62,734 nt of DNA from Candidatus Thorarchaeota archaeon. GTDB taxonomy: Archaea > Asgardarchaeota > Thorarchaeia > Thorarchaeales > Thorarchaeaceae. Location: contig SDNZ01000003.1 in the NCBI GenBank assembly GCA_004524565.1, positions 1 through 62,734 of the forward strand, written 5' to 3'. Below are positions 46,103 through 56,351 of this stretch, piece after piece. A model generated the notes under the pieces. It had not been told where the DNA came from and did not search any database. It saw only the letters and a list, made by a program, of their open reading frames with translations. Within the stretch, counting starts at the first letter, position 1. Every line of letters begins with the position of its first letter. Made by a program: the position numbers and the translations under genes.

Positions 46103-46662
46103 CAAACAGTACAGCTCCTGGTCTTGTTCAAGTATATACAGGAAATGGAAAGGGTAAGACGACCTGTGCATTAGGTGCAGGACTACGTGCAGCCGGACAC
46201 GGACTGGAAGTTCTCGTCATCTCCTTCATGAAGGCGAAAGTAGCGATTCGAGGAGATGGTGTGGATATCAATTATGGTGAATTCAGGTCTGTGGAGAAGG
46301 TACCTAATTTCACAATCAAACCCGTAGGAAGAGAGACCTTTGTAGATAAGGAAAATCCCGACCCTATTGACATCAATATGGCGCAGGAAGGTTTAGAGCT
46401 GGCTCGGGAAGCCTTGAGAAATCACTCATGTGATGTTCTTATTCTTGATGAGATCAATGTAGCTGTGGAATGGGATCTATTCTCCATAAAAGATCAGCTT
46501 GGTCTCTTGGATATGCGACCATCTGATGTAGAAATAATCATGACGGGACGATATGCAAAGCCGGAGATAATTGAAGCTGCGGACCTTGTGACGGAGATGA
46601 GGGAAATCAAGCATTATTACAATACGAGAAAAATTACTGCGCGGCGAGGCTTTGAATTCTAG
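46099..46662 (+). CDS. cobO: Cob(I)alamin adenosyltransferase (CobO/BtuR)
   Basis: VYTGNGKGKTT, LILDEIN, MTGR, ADLVTEM..IKH, A..G.EF. Confidence 0.93.
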   Translation: MTNSTAPGLVQVYTGNGKGKTTCALGAGLRAAGHGLEVLVISFMKAKVAIRGDGVDINYGEFRSVEKVPNFTIKPVGRETFVDKENPDPIDINMAQEGLELAREALRNHSCDVLILDEINVAVEWDLFSIKDQLGLLDMRPSDVEIIMTGRYAKPEIIEAADLVTEMREIKHYYNTRKITARRGFEF

Positions 46663-46746
46663 ACAAATTTCCCTGTATTATACAAATCGAACAGTTAATA
46701 TCAGGTACACAATTCGAAGTCTTGTTCTACTTCGGAGGAGCTCGAC

Positions 46747-48429
46747 ATGGGTGCAGATAGGAACTTGGAAGATATTCAGAAAGCTCAAGATAATTGGGAA
46801 AAAGAAACCCTTGGCTCACATCAGAAGCAACATCCTGACCGTCGAAAGGATTTCGTGACCACTTCAAGCCGACCAATAAAAGCAATCTATACTCCCCTCG
46901 ATGTACCAAACTTGGATTACTTGAAAGACCTAGGTTTTCCAAGTGAGTTTCCGTTTACTCGTGGAGTTCAACCGAGTATGTATCGTGGTCGTCTCTGGAC
47001 AATGCGTCAGTTTGCTGGAATGGGCTCTGCTGAGGAAACTAATCAACGATTCAAGTTTCTATTAGCCAACGGGCAGACAGGCCTCAGTGTTGCATTTCAT
47101 CTACCTACACTCTTTGCACGAGACTCTGACCATCCCTATTCGATGGGTGAAGTAGGAAAACTTGGAGTTGCTGTTGATAGTCTCAAAGATATGGAGATTC
47201 TCTTTGCAGGTATCCCAATAGACAAAGTAACTTCATCATTCACAATTAATGCACCTGCAGGAATTCTTCTTGCAATGTACATGGTAGCCGCTCAGAAACA
47301 AGGCATCTCTGCAGACAAAATAGGCGGAACCATTCAGAATGATATTTTGAAGGAATACATGGCTCAAAAGTCTTGGATATTAGCTCCTGCTCCATCTCTT
47401 CGTATCATCGGAGATATTATGGAATACGCTACTAAGAACATTCCCCGATGGAATACAATCTCAATCTCAGGCTACCATATACGCGAAGCTGGCTCTACTG
47501 CATCTCAAGAATTAGCCTTCACCCTCATCAATGGTATGGAGTATGTCCGGGTCGGAATGAGGAAAGGTCTGGATGTTGATGCTTTCGCCCCTAGATTATC
47601 TTTCTTCTTTAATGCACATAGCGATATCTTCGAAGAGGTTGCCAAGTACAGAGCAGCCCGACGCATCTGGGCTCGCGAGATGAAGGAGACCTTTGGTGCG
47701 AAGAATGAGCGGTCTCTCTGGATGCGATTTCATACTCAGACTGCTGGATGCTCACTGACAGCACAGCAACCAATGGTCAATGTTGTCAGAACAGCTTATC
47801 AAGCTCTAGCTGCGGTTCTTGGAGGAACTCAGTCACTGCATACAAACTCAATGGACGAAGCACTTTGTTTGCCAACGGAAGATGCTGTTAGAATTGCATT
47901 AAGGACACAACAGGTGCTTGCTCACGAGAGTGGTGCTGCTAATACTATTGACCCGTTAGCTGGTTCATACTATATTGAAAAACTTACAGATGATATGGAG
48001 AAAGAAGCCTACGAGTATTTTGACAAGGTTGAAGCTATGGGTGGAGTAGTCGAGGCTATTGAGAAAGGATTCTTCCAGCGTGAAATCTCTGAGGCGTCAT
48101 ATCGTTACCAGAAAGAGATTGAATCAGGAGAACGCACGATTGTTGGTGTAAACGATTATGTTCTTGATGGTGAGCAAATTACCATCCCTGTATTGAAGAT
48201 TGACCCGGAAGTAGAACGACGACAGGTAGAACGAACCCAGAAGATTAGAAGAGAACGAGATAACACCAAGGTCGATGCGGCATTAGCAGGTCTCCTGAAA
48301 GCATCAGAGAATGGTGATAACGTCATGCCTCACATTGTAAATGCTGTGAAAGAGTACGCAACAGTGGGTGAGATATTCCAAGTCTGGCGAGACCTTTGGG
48401 GCGAGTGGGACGAACCAAAGATCTTCTAA
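46747..48429 (+). CDS. icmA: AdoCbl-dependent acyl-CoA mutase large subunit, isobutyryl-CoA mutase type
   Basis: FPFTRG...[48 protein letters not shown]; no B12-binding domain. Confidence 0.8.
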   Translation: MGADRNLEDIQKAQDNWEKETLGSHQKQHPDRRKDFVTTSSRPIKAIYTPLDVPNLDYLKDLGFPSEFPFTRGVQPSMYRGRLWTMRQFAGMGSAEETNQRFKFLLANGQTGLSVAFHLPTLFARDSDHPYSMGEVGKLGVAVDSLKDMEILFAGIPIDKVTSSFTINAPAGILLAMYMVAAQKQGISADKIGGTIQNDILKEYMAQKSWILAPAPSLRIIGDIMEYATKNIPRWNTISISGYHIREAGSTASQELAFTLINGMEYVRVGMRKGLDVDAFAPRLSFFFNAHSDIFEEVAKYRAARRIWAREMKETFGAKNERSLWMRFHTQTAGCSLTAQQPMVNVVRTAYQALAAVLGGTQSLHTNSMDEALCLPTEDAVRIALRTQQVLAHESGAANTIDPLAGSYYIEKLTDDMEKEAYEYFDKVEAMGGVVEAIEKGFFQREISEASYRYQKEIESGERTIVGVNDYVLDGEQITIPVLKIDPEVERRQVERTQKIRRERDNTKVDAALAGLLKASENGDNVMPHIVNAVKEYATVGEIFQVWRDLWGEWDEPKIF

Positions 48430-48439
48430 TTCATAGATA

Positions 48440-50311
48440 TCAAGGATTCAGTTCCTCATTTCGGCGGCGAATTATAGTAACTGTGCAATAGATGATTGTT
48501 ACAGCTGATCCAATTCCTAAAGGAATACTGATGGCATACGACCAAATAAGCGGAAACGAAGTAGTATTTTGGTTTGATGTTGTAGCGGTACTTGTATTAG
48601 CAGAATCCACACTCGGGTACGCAGAATAATAGAAGAGAGTATTTCTCTCTATACTATAGTGTTCTCCAATCTTAAAATCCGAGAAGACGAAAGGACCGCA
48701 GTGTGTAGATGGTTCACTCGGATCTAAGAATGGATTCCAATTCATCCATTCCTCATATCCGATTCCTGTATCATTATTGAAGATGTGTCTTGGAATGATA
48801 CAGTGATATCCAACGTTACTGAAGTGCCAGTAAGATTCTGTATTGCACTCGATGACAGCTTGATATGGAGTTGGTGCAAAAGCAGCAGCTATCTCTCCAG
48901 CAAATGAAGGTGCAGTAAATGTGTCATTATAGATTCGCTCGACATCATAGTAGAAGCTAAATGCTACATCCTCTGCAGTTAGTGGGGTTCCATCACTCCA
49001 AGTAGCATTCTGAATAATATCAAAGGTGTATCTTCTATGACCTTCGGGAATGCTGGGATTATCGGTATGAGTTTCAATCATCATACTTTCAGCTAGATTC
49101 GGAACAGGTCGCATATCAGGTCCACAGTCATACAATGAAGGCCAAAGATTCTCAAGAATTGTCTTGGACCAATAGGAATTTGTGGTAAAGATATTGAATG
49201 TATCAGGCTCCCTATCTAGTCCAACTGGGACCGTGCCGCCAAAAGTCCCGTCAATTTTATGGATATTCCTCAAGGTCCAAGGACCGGATATGAGTCTACT
49301 ACGATCCTCAACATGACCCTCAAATTGATCGTTCCTATATGCTTGGGTGGACATTTTCACATAGACTACTAATTGTGGTACATTGTAATGGAGGATTTTT
49401 TGCATCTCAGATGCAGCCTCAAAGACCTCCTCGTAGGTTGCACCGTAGAGTAGTTGGTCTCGCCAGCTATCGTATGTTTCGTTAACAAAATTTGTTGGGT
49501 TTTCACCTTCAATTGATGCATATTCCGACCAATAGTCGTAAGCTAGCCAGTCTACGTCATTATCATTGAAAAAATCATAATTGTAGACCATATCATAATC
49601 TCCATGTTGGTCTAAGACTGACTCCAGACCACCTGCTTCTCTAGAAGCATTGATGTATAAGGAATGTAAAGCATCAACTGCTATCCGCGAAACTTTGTCA
49701 GCCCAACTATTACAAACGTTGGAAAATCTAATATCAAATTCTTCTCCGTTTGGTGCAAGACGATATCCCGTTGTACTGCTAATATTGAAACCAAGTTCAT
49801 CCAAAAGTTGATTCCCTATGTCTGATTGTTCAGTATAGTAATGCCACTCAAACTCATCTTCTACACACCAACCACTTTTTGGATGGATAAGCGAATCATG
49901 GTCTATCGACTCACCGCCAAGGAGGTCTTCGGCAGCTCTCCCCTTGTCAAAGGCAAAAGCAAAGGCTCGTCGGAGACCACTGATATTCAATGGATAATCA
50001 CGACAGTTGATGGTAATATATCCGTAATGATCACCTGCGGCGCTGTATATGTCGATATTTGGGTCTGACTCCAATACTGAGAGACTATCTCGGTCATTTC
50101 GAACAAAGGCCATTTCAAGCTCACCAGATTGAAGAGCAAGAACTTCCTGTTCATAGCTATTCATCACCCTGAAGATAACCTCATCAACGTATGGTCCTGT
50201 CTGAGGAGAATCTGACTCAAATACAGCGTTAACAATATGAACACTTGAGTATAAACTGAGTAGTATAATTCCTAATGCAAACACAGTTATTGCATAAAGG
50301 CGACTCCTCAA
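48440..50311 (-). CDS. Family-5 solute-binding protein, circularly permuted, C-terminal TM anchor (copy 1)
   Basis: GPYVDEVIF near the N-terminus; GGTV...PDTFN and WSDGTPLTAEDV in the C-terminal half; TM + RRR tail. Confidence 0.88.
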   Translation of the reverse strand: MRSRLYAITVFALGIILLSLYSSVHIVNAVFESDSPQTGPYVDEVIFRVMNSYEQEVLALQSGELEMAFVRNDRDSLSVLESDPNIDIYSAAGDHYGYITINCRDYPLNISGLRRAFAFAFDKGRAAEDLLGGESIDHDSLIHPKSGWCVEDEFEWHYYTEQSDIGNQLLDELGFNISSTTGYRLAPNGEEFDIRFSNVCNSWADKVSRIAVDALHSLYINASREAGGLESVLDQHGDYDMVYNYDFFNDNDVDWLAYDYWSEYASIEGENPTNFVNETYDSWRDQLLYGATYEEVFEAASEMQKILHYNVPQLVVYVKMSTQAYRNDQFEGHVEDRSRLISGPWTLRNIHKIDGTFGGTVPVGLDREPDTFNIFTTNSYWSKTILENLWPSLYDCGPDMRPVPNLAESMMIETHTDNPSIPEGHRRYTFDIIQNATWSDGTPLTAEDVAFSFYYDVERIYNDTFTAPSFAGEIAAAFAPTPYQAVIECNTESYWHFSNVGYHCIIPRHIFNNDTGIGYEEWMNWNPFLDPSEPSTHCGPFVFSDFKIGEHYSIERNTLFYYSAYPSVDSANTSTATTSNQNTTSFPLIWSYAISIPLGIGSAVTIIYCTVTIIRRRNEELNP

Positions 50312-50354
50312 TCTCCTTCACCAAAACCTCCAATTTCACCTATAGATTGTAGTT

Positions 50355-52244
50355 CTACTGATTTAACTCCTTTGTATGTAATAGAATGGATTCTTCTTTT
50401 CGCTTCCTGATTATGGCAACTGTGCAATAGATGATTACTATAGTTGACCCGGAAGCTAATGTAATACTCACAGCATATGACCAATTGAGTGGAAATGAAT
50501 CGTTTGTTTGATTGGTGGTGGAACTGGAATTTGTGGTTGTTGATGAGTCAATTGAGAATGTGGAATAATAGAAATTTGGATTTCTCTTAATAGTGTAGAA
50601 CTCCCCAACCTCGTAATTTGAGAAAGTGTATGGGCCACAGTTCACGTTAGGCTCTTCGGGATCAAATACTGGGTTCCAGGTATTCCAGCCCTGATAACCA
50701 ATACCTGTTTCATTGTTGAATATGTGTTGCGGGAGGATGTATGTGAATCCACAATAGTTGAAGTACCAATATGATTCTGTGTCGAATTCGATTATTACCC
50801 TGTATGTGGTAGGGGCATAAGCTGAAGTTAGATTTCCAATAAATCTGGGAATCGGAGTCATGTATTGGGCTCTTTCATAATCATAGGTGAACGTAAATAC
50901 AACATCTTCTGCAGTCAATGGTGTGCCATCACTCCAGGTGGCGTTATGAACAATATCGAATGTGAATCTGGTGTGCCCCAGAGGAACATTCTGATTATCC
51001 ATATGAGTTTCAATTACCATACTCTCAGCTAAATCTTGTACTGGCACCATATCTGGACCATAATCATACAATGAGGGATAGAGATTATCTACAATTGCCA
51101 GTGAATAATCAGATACCTGCAGGAAAATATTGAAACTCTCCGGTTCTTCCGCCATCCCAATAGTGACAGTACCTCCAAAGGTTCCATCGATCTTGTGGAT
51201 CTTTCTCATGGTCCAAGGACCTGTGATGTATTTTCTTAAATCTCCAACATGACCAGTGAACTGATCATTTCTGTATCTTTGCAGATAGGTGTCCTCGTAC
51301 ACGACAAGCCTTGGCACATTGTAGTGTAGAATCTCTTGCATAGCTTTTGCTGCTTCATAGACTTCCTCGTATGTTGTTCCATAGAGGAGTTGGTTTCGCC
51401 AGTTATCATAGGTGTCATTTTCGAATCTAGCGATATTCCAGTAGTAATCATCAGCATTTTCTGACCAATATTCATGTGCAAGCCAATCGATGTTATAATC
51501 ATCGAAATCTATGGTATACAGGATCATGTCATAGGCTCCTCCTGAAATATCTTCATAGAGGTATTCCTCTCTCCTTGCATCGATATGTAATGAATGAAGT
51601 GCATCAACTCCAATCTGTGCTGAACCTCCTGCAATTTCCGACGAAGCGCTTGAATAGAGAATCACTACCTCAAAGGGATCTCCATTTGGGGCAAGACGAA
51701 AGCCTGTTGATGGATTGATGGTGAAGTTTAGGTCATCTAGAATCTGGTTGCCAATATCTGATTGATTTGTATAGTAGTGCCAATCAAATTGATTCTCAAC
51801 ACACCAGCTATTGACAAATGGAACAAGGGAATCATGCTCCTGCGAGAATCCATCCATAATCTCCGCAGTGATTCGTGTCTTATCAAAGGCAAACGCAAAG
51901 GCACGTCTGAATCCACTGATGCTTAGAGGGTATCTCTGGCAGTTAATGGTGATTTGACCATATCCATTTCTCAAAGATGAGAATATGTCTATGTCGAGCT
52001 CCCAAATGTTTGGAAGATGGATTGGATGAAAGAAATCCAAGTCCATATCAATCTCTCCTGCTTGAAGAGCCAGGAATCGGTCATCTGGATGTTCGATGAT
52101 TTGGAAGATTATCTCATCTACATAGGGACCTGTCTGGAGGGAATCTGACTCATGCCATGAACTAGCAATCTGTATGCATCCAAGTGAATCTAGTAAGAGA
52201 ATCACTATTCCAAGAACCATTCCTACCTGAATCTGCTTCCTCAA
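50355..52244 (-). CDS. Family-5 solute-binding protein, permuted (copy 2)
   Basis: Same motif order as the other copies. Confidence 0.88.
   Translation of the reverse strand: MRKQIQVGMVLGIVILLLDSLGCIQIASSWHESDSLQTGPYVDEIIFQIIEHPDDRFLALQAGEIDMDLDFFHPIHLPNIWELDIDIFSSLRNGYGQITINCQRYPLSISGFRRAFAFAFDKTRITAEIMDGFSQEHDSLVPFVNSWCVENQFDWHYYTNQSDIGNQILDDLNFTINPSTGFRLAPNGDPFEVVILYSSASSEIAGGSAQIGVDALHSLHIDARREEYLYEDISGGAYDMILYTIDFDDYNIDWLAHEYWSENADDYYWNIARFENDTYDNWRNQLLYGTTYEEVYEAAKAMQEILHYNVPRLVVYEDTYLQRYRNDQFTGHVGDLRKYITGPWTMRKIHKIDGTFGGTVTIGMAEEPESFNIFLQVSDYSLAIVDNLYPSLYDYGPDMVPVQDLAESMVIETHMDNQNVPLGHTRFTFDIVHNATWSDGTPLTAEDVVFTFTYDYERAQYMTPIPRFIGNLTSAYAPTTYRVIIEFDTESYWYFNYCGFTYILPQHIFNNETGIGYQGWNTWNPVFDPEEPNVNCGPYTFSNYEVGEFYTIKRNPNFYYSTFSIDSSTTTNSSSTTNQTNDSFPLNWSYAVSITLASGSTIVIIYCTVAIIRKRKEESILLHTKELNQ
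50360..50374 (-). promoter_or_regulatory. BRE/TATA-like promoter of copy 1, overlapping the last codons of copy 2
   Basis: Minus strand CAAAGGAGTTAAATC; TATA 50-55 nt upstream of the start. Confidence 0.6.
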
Positions 52245-52291
52245 TCCCTTTCACCAAAACCTCCAATTTCATTTATGATTGGAATAATTAC

Positions 52292-52308
52292 GATTTAACT
52301 TCTTTGAA
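52292..52308 (-). promoter_or_regulatory. BRE/TATA-like promoter of copy 2
   Basis: TTCAAAGAAGTTAAATC; TATA 49-54 nt upstream of the start. Confidence 0.65.
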
Positions 52309-52387
52309 CCACAAAGTGTCGGTTTCTTGAATATTGCAGAACCATTATCCCCTTTGACTCCGAATTACCTAAATCATACATATCAGT

Positions 52388-54271
52388 TCAAGTGTTCGTC
52401 AGACTTCTTCGTTTCTGAAGTATCTGAACGCCGCAGTATAGAATGATAATACTTGAGAATCCTCCAACTGCAGACGCAATTGTTAGGGAAAAGGGAATCT
52501 GTGGCAGAGTTGTTTGATTTGTATTAGAAGTGGTTGGATTCAGACTTGTCGTTGTAGTAGTATTTTCGTAACTAGCTGCATAATGGAATAGGGGATTTCG
52601 TTCTATTTTATAGTAATTTCCTTCTTCAAAATCTGAAAAGACGAATGGTCCACAGGTCACATGTGGATCCTCCGACTCAAATATTGGATTCCATATATTC
52701 CATCCTTCATACCCGATTCCTCCAGTATTATTGAAGATGTGAATGGGTATAATGTATTCAAATGCAAAATCATTGAAGTTCCAGTATGACTCCGTACTAA
52801 ATTCAAGCACAACTCTGTATGGAGTTGGTGCATAGACTGCAGACAAATCAGAAAATGAACTTTCTATAGGATTGCCAAATGATCCACTCTCTATTGCATA
52901 TACGAAGGTGAAGACAACATCCTCGGCTGTTAAGGGGGCCCCGTCACTCCAAGTTGCATTCTGTAAGATATCCAGTGTAAATCGAGTGTGTCCATCTGGG
53001 ACTACATGGTTATCTGAATGGGTTTCTATCAGCATATTTTCCACTAGATCTGGGATTGGATTCATATCCGGACCATAATCATAGAGTGATGGCCAGAGCT
53101 CTTCTAGAATTACTTTCGATGAATCTGAGCTGGTCATATAGAAATTGAAACTGTCTGGGTCCATGCTGATTGCTATCGTAACTGTGCCACCAAAAGTACC
53201 ATCGAGTCTGTGAATTTTCCTTACTGTCCAAGGACCTGAGATGTTATTACTAATGTCTTCTATATGACCAGTAAAGACATCAGTTCTGTATACTTGTGTA
53301 TCTGTTCTCTCAAAGAGAACAAGTTCTGGAACATTATAGTGGAGTATCTTCTGCATCTCTGTTGCAGCTTCACACACTGCTTCATAGGACGTACCGTGGA
53401 GGAGCTGCTCAAGCCAAATATCATAGGAGTCATTGGCAAAGTTAGATGGATTCAGATAGGGTTCGTCTGAGAATTCAGACCCGAACTCATATCCAAGCCA
53501 TTGCACGTCATTTTCATCGAATCCCCTACCACGAATAATCATATCATAATCACCATGGTGGTCTAGCCTTGGAATATACTCTTCAAAGTTAGCTACTTTC
53601 ATAGATGCATTAATTCCAAGACTATGTAACGCATCAACTCCAATCTTTGCATGACCACCTGATTTCTCACAAGAGCATGCAGTGTATTCAATTGTGACAC
53701 TGAATGGAGAACCATCAGGTGCTACTCTGTATCCTGTTTCTGTATCGATTGTGAAATTCAAGTCATCCAGTATTTGATTCCCAATTTCCGGTAGAAATGA
53801 ATAGTAATGCCAATCAAACTGATCTTCAATACAAAATGCATTTGGTCGAGGTAGAAGTGAATCGTGTTCGATACCTGGTCCATGTGCCCATTCGTCTAAT
53901 ACTCTTGTCTTGTTGTATGCAAATGCAAAAGCTCGTCTAAAGCCGCTGATATTGAGAGGATATTTTGCACAATTGATTATGAGATTCGTATAACTATTTC
54001 TTGGAGTAGTATATGTGTCAATATCGGGGTCTTCATCCAACATCAGGTAGTACCAAGAGAGACTCGTGTCCAACTCAATCTCTCCCGCTTGAAGAGCTAA
54101 TAATCTCTCACTATCATAGGGTATAACCTTGAAGATAACCTCATCAACGTATGGTCCTGTTTGAAGAGGAGCTGACTCAACGAATCCATTAACTGCAGGA
54201 ATCCAACAAAGTGATACTACTAAGAACGCAGCTAATATTAATAGTGAAGAAGCAGAAAAGGACTCTCTCAT
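52388..54271 (-). CDS. Family-5 solute-binding protein, permuted (copy 3)
   Basis: Same motif order; carries the ACSC loop. Confidence 0.88.
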   Translation of the reverse strand: MRESFSASSLLILAAFLVVSLCWIPAVNGFVESAPLQTGPYVDEVIFKVIPYDSERLLALQAGEIELDTSLSWYYLMLDEDPDIDTYTTPRNSYTNLIINCAKYPLNISGFRRAFAFAYNKTRVLDEWAHGPGIEHDSLLPRPNAFCIEDQFDWHYYSFLPEIGNQILDDLNFTIDTETGYRVAPDGSPFSVTIEYTACSCEKSGGHAKIGVDALHSLGINASMKVANFEEYIPRLDHHGDYDMIIRGRGFDENDVQWLGYEFGSEFSDEPYLNPSNFANDSYDIWLEQLLHGTSYEAVCEAATEMQKILHYNVPELVLFERTDTQVYRTDVFTGHIEDISNNISGPWTVRKIHRLDGTFGGTVTIAISMDPDSFNFYMTSSDSSKVILEELWPSLYDYGPDMNPIPDLVENMLIETHSDNHVVPDGHTRFTLDILQNATWSDGAPLTAEDVVFTFVYAIESGSFGNPIESSFSDLSAVYAPTPYRVVLEFSTESYWNFNDFAFEYIIPIHIFNNTGGIGYEGWNIWNPIFESEDPHVTCGPFVFSDFEEGNYYKIERNPLFHYAASYENTTTTTSLNPTTSNTNQTTLPQIPFSLTIASAVGGFSSIIILYCGVQILQKRRSLTNT

Positions 54272-54318
54272 CCAAGCTCACCCCAATCTCCTGACAATAC
54301 ATGTATTGTATTATTGAT

Positions 54319-54335
54319 GATATAATCTCTTTGAA
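54319..54335 (-). promoter_or_regulatory. BRE/TATA-like promoter of copy 3
   Basis: TTCAAAGAGATTATATC; TATA 49-54 nt upstream. Confidence 0.65.
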
Positions 54336-54365
54336 TTCCTCACTTGATTTCAATTAATGGAATAT

Positions 54366-56255
54366 TCAAGTATTCCCACTGTTTTTGCGTTTTTGGATGA
54401 TTGATACCACACAATACACAATGACAATTCCTGAACCTGTACCTAACACTGTGCTAAACAATCTTAGCCAGCTCAACTCTGGAACTATCGTTTGATCTGT
54501 AGTAGTATTAGAAGTAGTAGGATTAGATGTGGTTGATGTTGTTGGTGCGTTTGGATTAGCTGCATAGTAAAACAGAGGATTCCTAACTAATTTGTAATAC
54601 TCCCCTAGTTCAAAATCAGAGAAAATGAATGGACCGCAGTTCACATTAGGTTCAGCAGGAACGAATACTGGATTCCAATGTTCCCAACGATCATACCCTA
54701 TCCCAGTATCATCATTGAAGATATGTTCTGGAATGATGTAATCATATGCAAAGTTGCTGAAGTGCCAAAAAGACTCAGTGTTGAACTCAATTACAGCTCT
54801 GTATGATGTTTGAGCATAGGCTGCCGCCAGATCACCAATATCAGAACCTGCGGGGTTGTTAAATAATGCACTTTCAAATGCATAGGTGAGGCTGAATGCT
54901 ACATCCTCTGCAGTTAGTGAGGTTCCATCACTCCACGTTGCATTCTGGATGATGTCAATAATGAAACGAGTGTGGCCGGTAGGAACTGCAGGATTATCAG
55001 AATGAGTTTCTATCAACATATTCTCGGTTAGATCCGGTATGGGTGTTAAGTCCGGTCCGTATTTATATAGTGATGGCCAGATATTTGCTATGACCATATC
55101 GGAGTATTGTGGATCTGTAACGTAGATATTGAAGCTGTCAGGGTCAGTGCTGATTGCAATGGGGACTGTGCCACCAAAGGTACCATCGAGCTTGCAAATC
55201 TTCCTCATGGTCCAGGGACCAGCAATATATCTGCCAAGGTCCTCAACATGGCCAGTGAACTGGTCGTTTCTGTACCCCTGTATGTAGGTATTCTCATAGA
55301 TTACAAGTATTGGAACGTTGTAGTGGAGGATCTTCTGCATCTCTGCTGCTGCTTCATAGATTTCCTCGTAGGTTGTACCATAGAGAAGTTGGTCCCTCCA
55401 GCTGTCGTAGGTATCATTTTGAAAATTGGAAGGATTCTCCCCGAAAACATCTGCATACTCTGACCAGTACTCGAATGCTAGCCAGTCAACATCATTGTTG
55501 AAAAAATTTACTGAATAGGTCATCATATCGTAGTCCCCGTGACTGTCTAACCTCCAACGCATATCGTTGAAGTCTGCTGCACGTGTCTGAGCGTTGATGT
55601 GCAGTGAGTGCAGTGCGTCTACTGCAATTATCGCGGTATAAGGAGTAATACCTGTTGAAGCATGTTCAATAATAATCTCAAACGGAGAACCATCTGGTGC
55701 CAACCTGAAACCTGTTTCTTCATCGATTTCGAAATTAAGATTATCAAGAATTTGGTTCCCAATATTTGCTTGGTTTGTGTAATAGTGCCAATCGAATTCA
55801 TCCTCAATACACCAACCGTTAGGTAAAGGGACTAGCGAATCGTGTTCGATTGAAAACCCATCAAAATAATATTCAGTTAAATTTGTCTTATCATACGCAA
55901 AAGCGAAAGCTCTTCTCAGGCCACTGATATTAAGTGGATACTTGGCGCAGTTTATAGTGATGTGACCATATCCATTTCGTGTAGCACTAAAGATGTCTAT
56001 ATCGGGATCTGCTGCCAATGTCGGAAGGTGAACTGGATCAAAAAAGCTATTGTCCATTTCAATCTCACCGGCTTGAAGAGCAAGAATCCTCTGATCCCGG
56101 TTAGCTATGACTTTGAATATGACCTCATCGATGTATGGTCCTGTCTGAAGAGAATCCGACTCCATGAAGCCACTGACTATTGGTGCTTCACTGATCGATG
56201 CAAATAGCAAAGCCGCAATTACCAGCCCTGTAGTAGCAAAAAAGGATCTCCTCAA
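54366..56255 (-). CDS. Family-5 solute-binding protein, permuted (copy 4)
   Basis: Same motif order. Confidence 0.88.
   Translation of the reverse strand: MRRSFFATTGLVIAALLFASISEAPIVSGFMESDSLQTGPYIDEVIFKVIANRDQRILALQAGEIEMDNSFFDPVHLPTLAADPDIDIFSATRNGYGHITINCAKYPLNISGLRRAFAFAYDKTNLTEYYFDGFSIEHDSLVPLPNGWCIEDEFDWHYYTNQANIGNQILDNLNFEIDEETGFRLAPDGSPFEIIIEHASTGITPYTAIIAVDALHSLHINAQTRAADFNDMRWRLDSHGDYDMMTYSVNFFNNDVDWLAFEYWSEYADVFGENPSNFQNDTYDSWRDQLLYGTTYEEIYEAAAEMQKILHYNVPILVIYENTYIQGYRNDQFTGHVEDLGRYIAGPWTMRKICKLDGTFGGTVPIAISTDPDSFNIYVTDPQYSDMVIANIWPSLYKYGPDLTPIPDLTENMLIETHSDNPAVPTGHTRFIIDIIQNATWSDGTSLTAEDVAFSLTYAFESALFNNPAGSDIGDLAAAYAQTSYRAVIEFNTESFWHFSNFAYDYIIPEHIFNDDTGIGYDRWEHWNPVFVPAEPNVNCGPFIFSDFELGEYYKLVRNPLFYYAANPNAPTTSTTSNPTTSNTTTDQTIVPELSWLRLFSTVLGTGSGIVIVYCVVSIIQKRKNSGNT
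56005..56096. repeat. 92-bp exact direct repeat shared with 57991..58082
   Basis: Base-by-base identity; both flanks diverge. Confidence 0.9.
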
Positions 56256-56302
56256 CCCAGTTCACCCTAACCTCTATGCACGTTGAATATTGTGAAAATG
56301 CT

Positions 56303-56317
56303 GATATAACATCTTTT
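56303..56317 (-). promoter_or_regulatory. BRE/TATA-like promoter of copy 4
   Basis: AAAAGATGTTATATC; TATA 49-54 nt upstream. Confidence 0.6.
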
Positions 56318-56351
56318 ACTCAAGCTCCTGATTCCAAACCTTCGAAAGATG

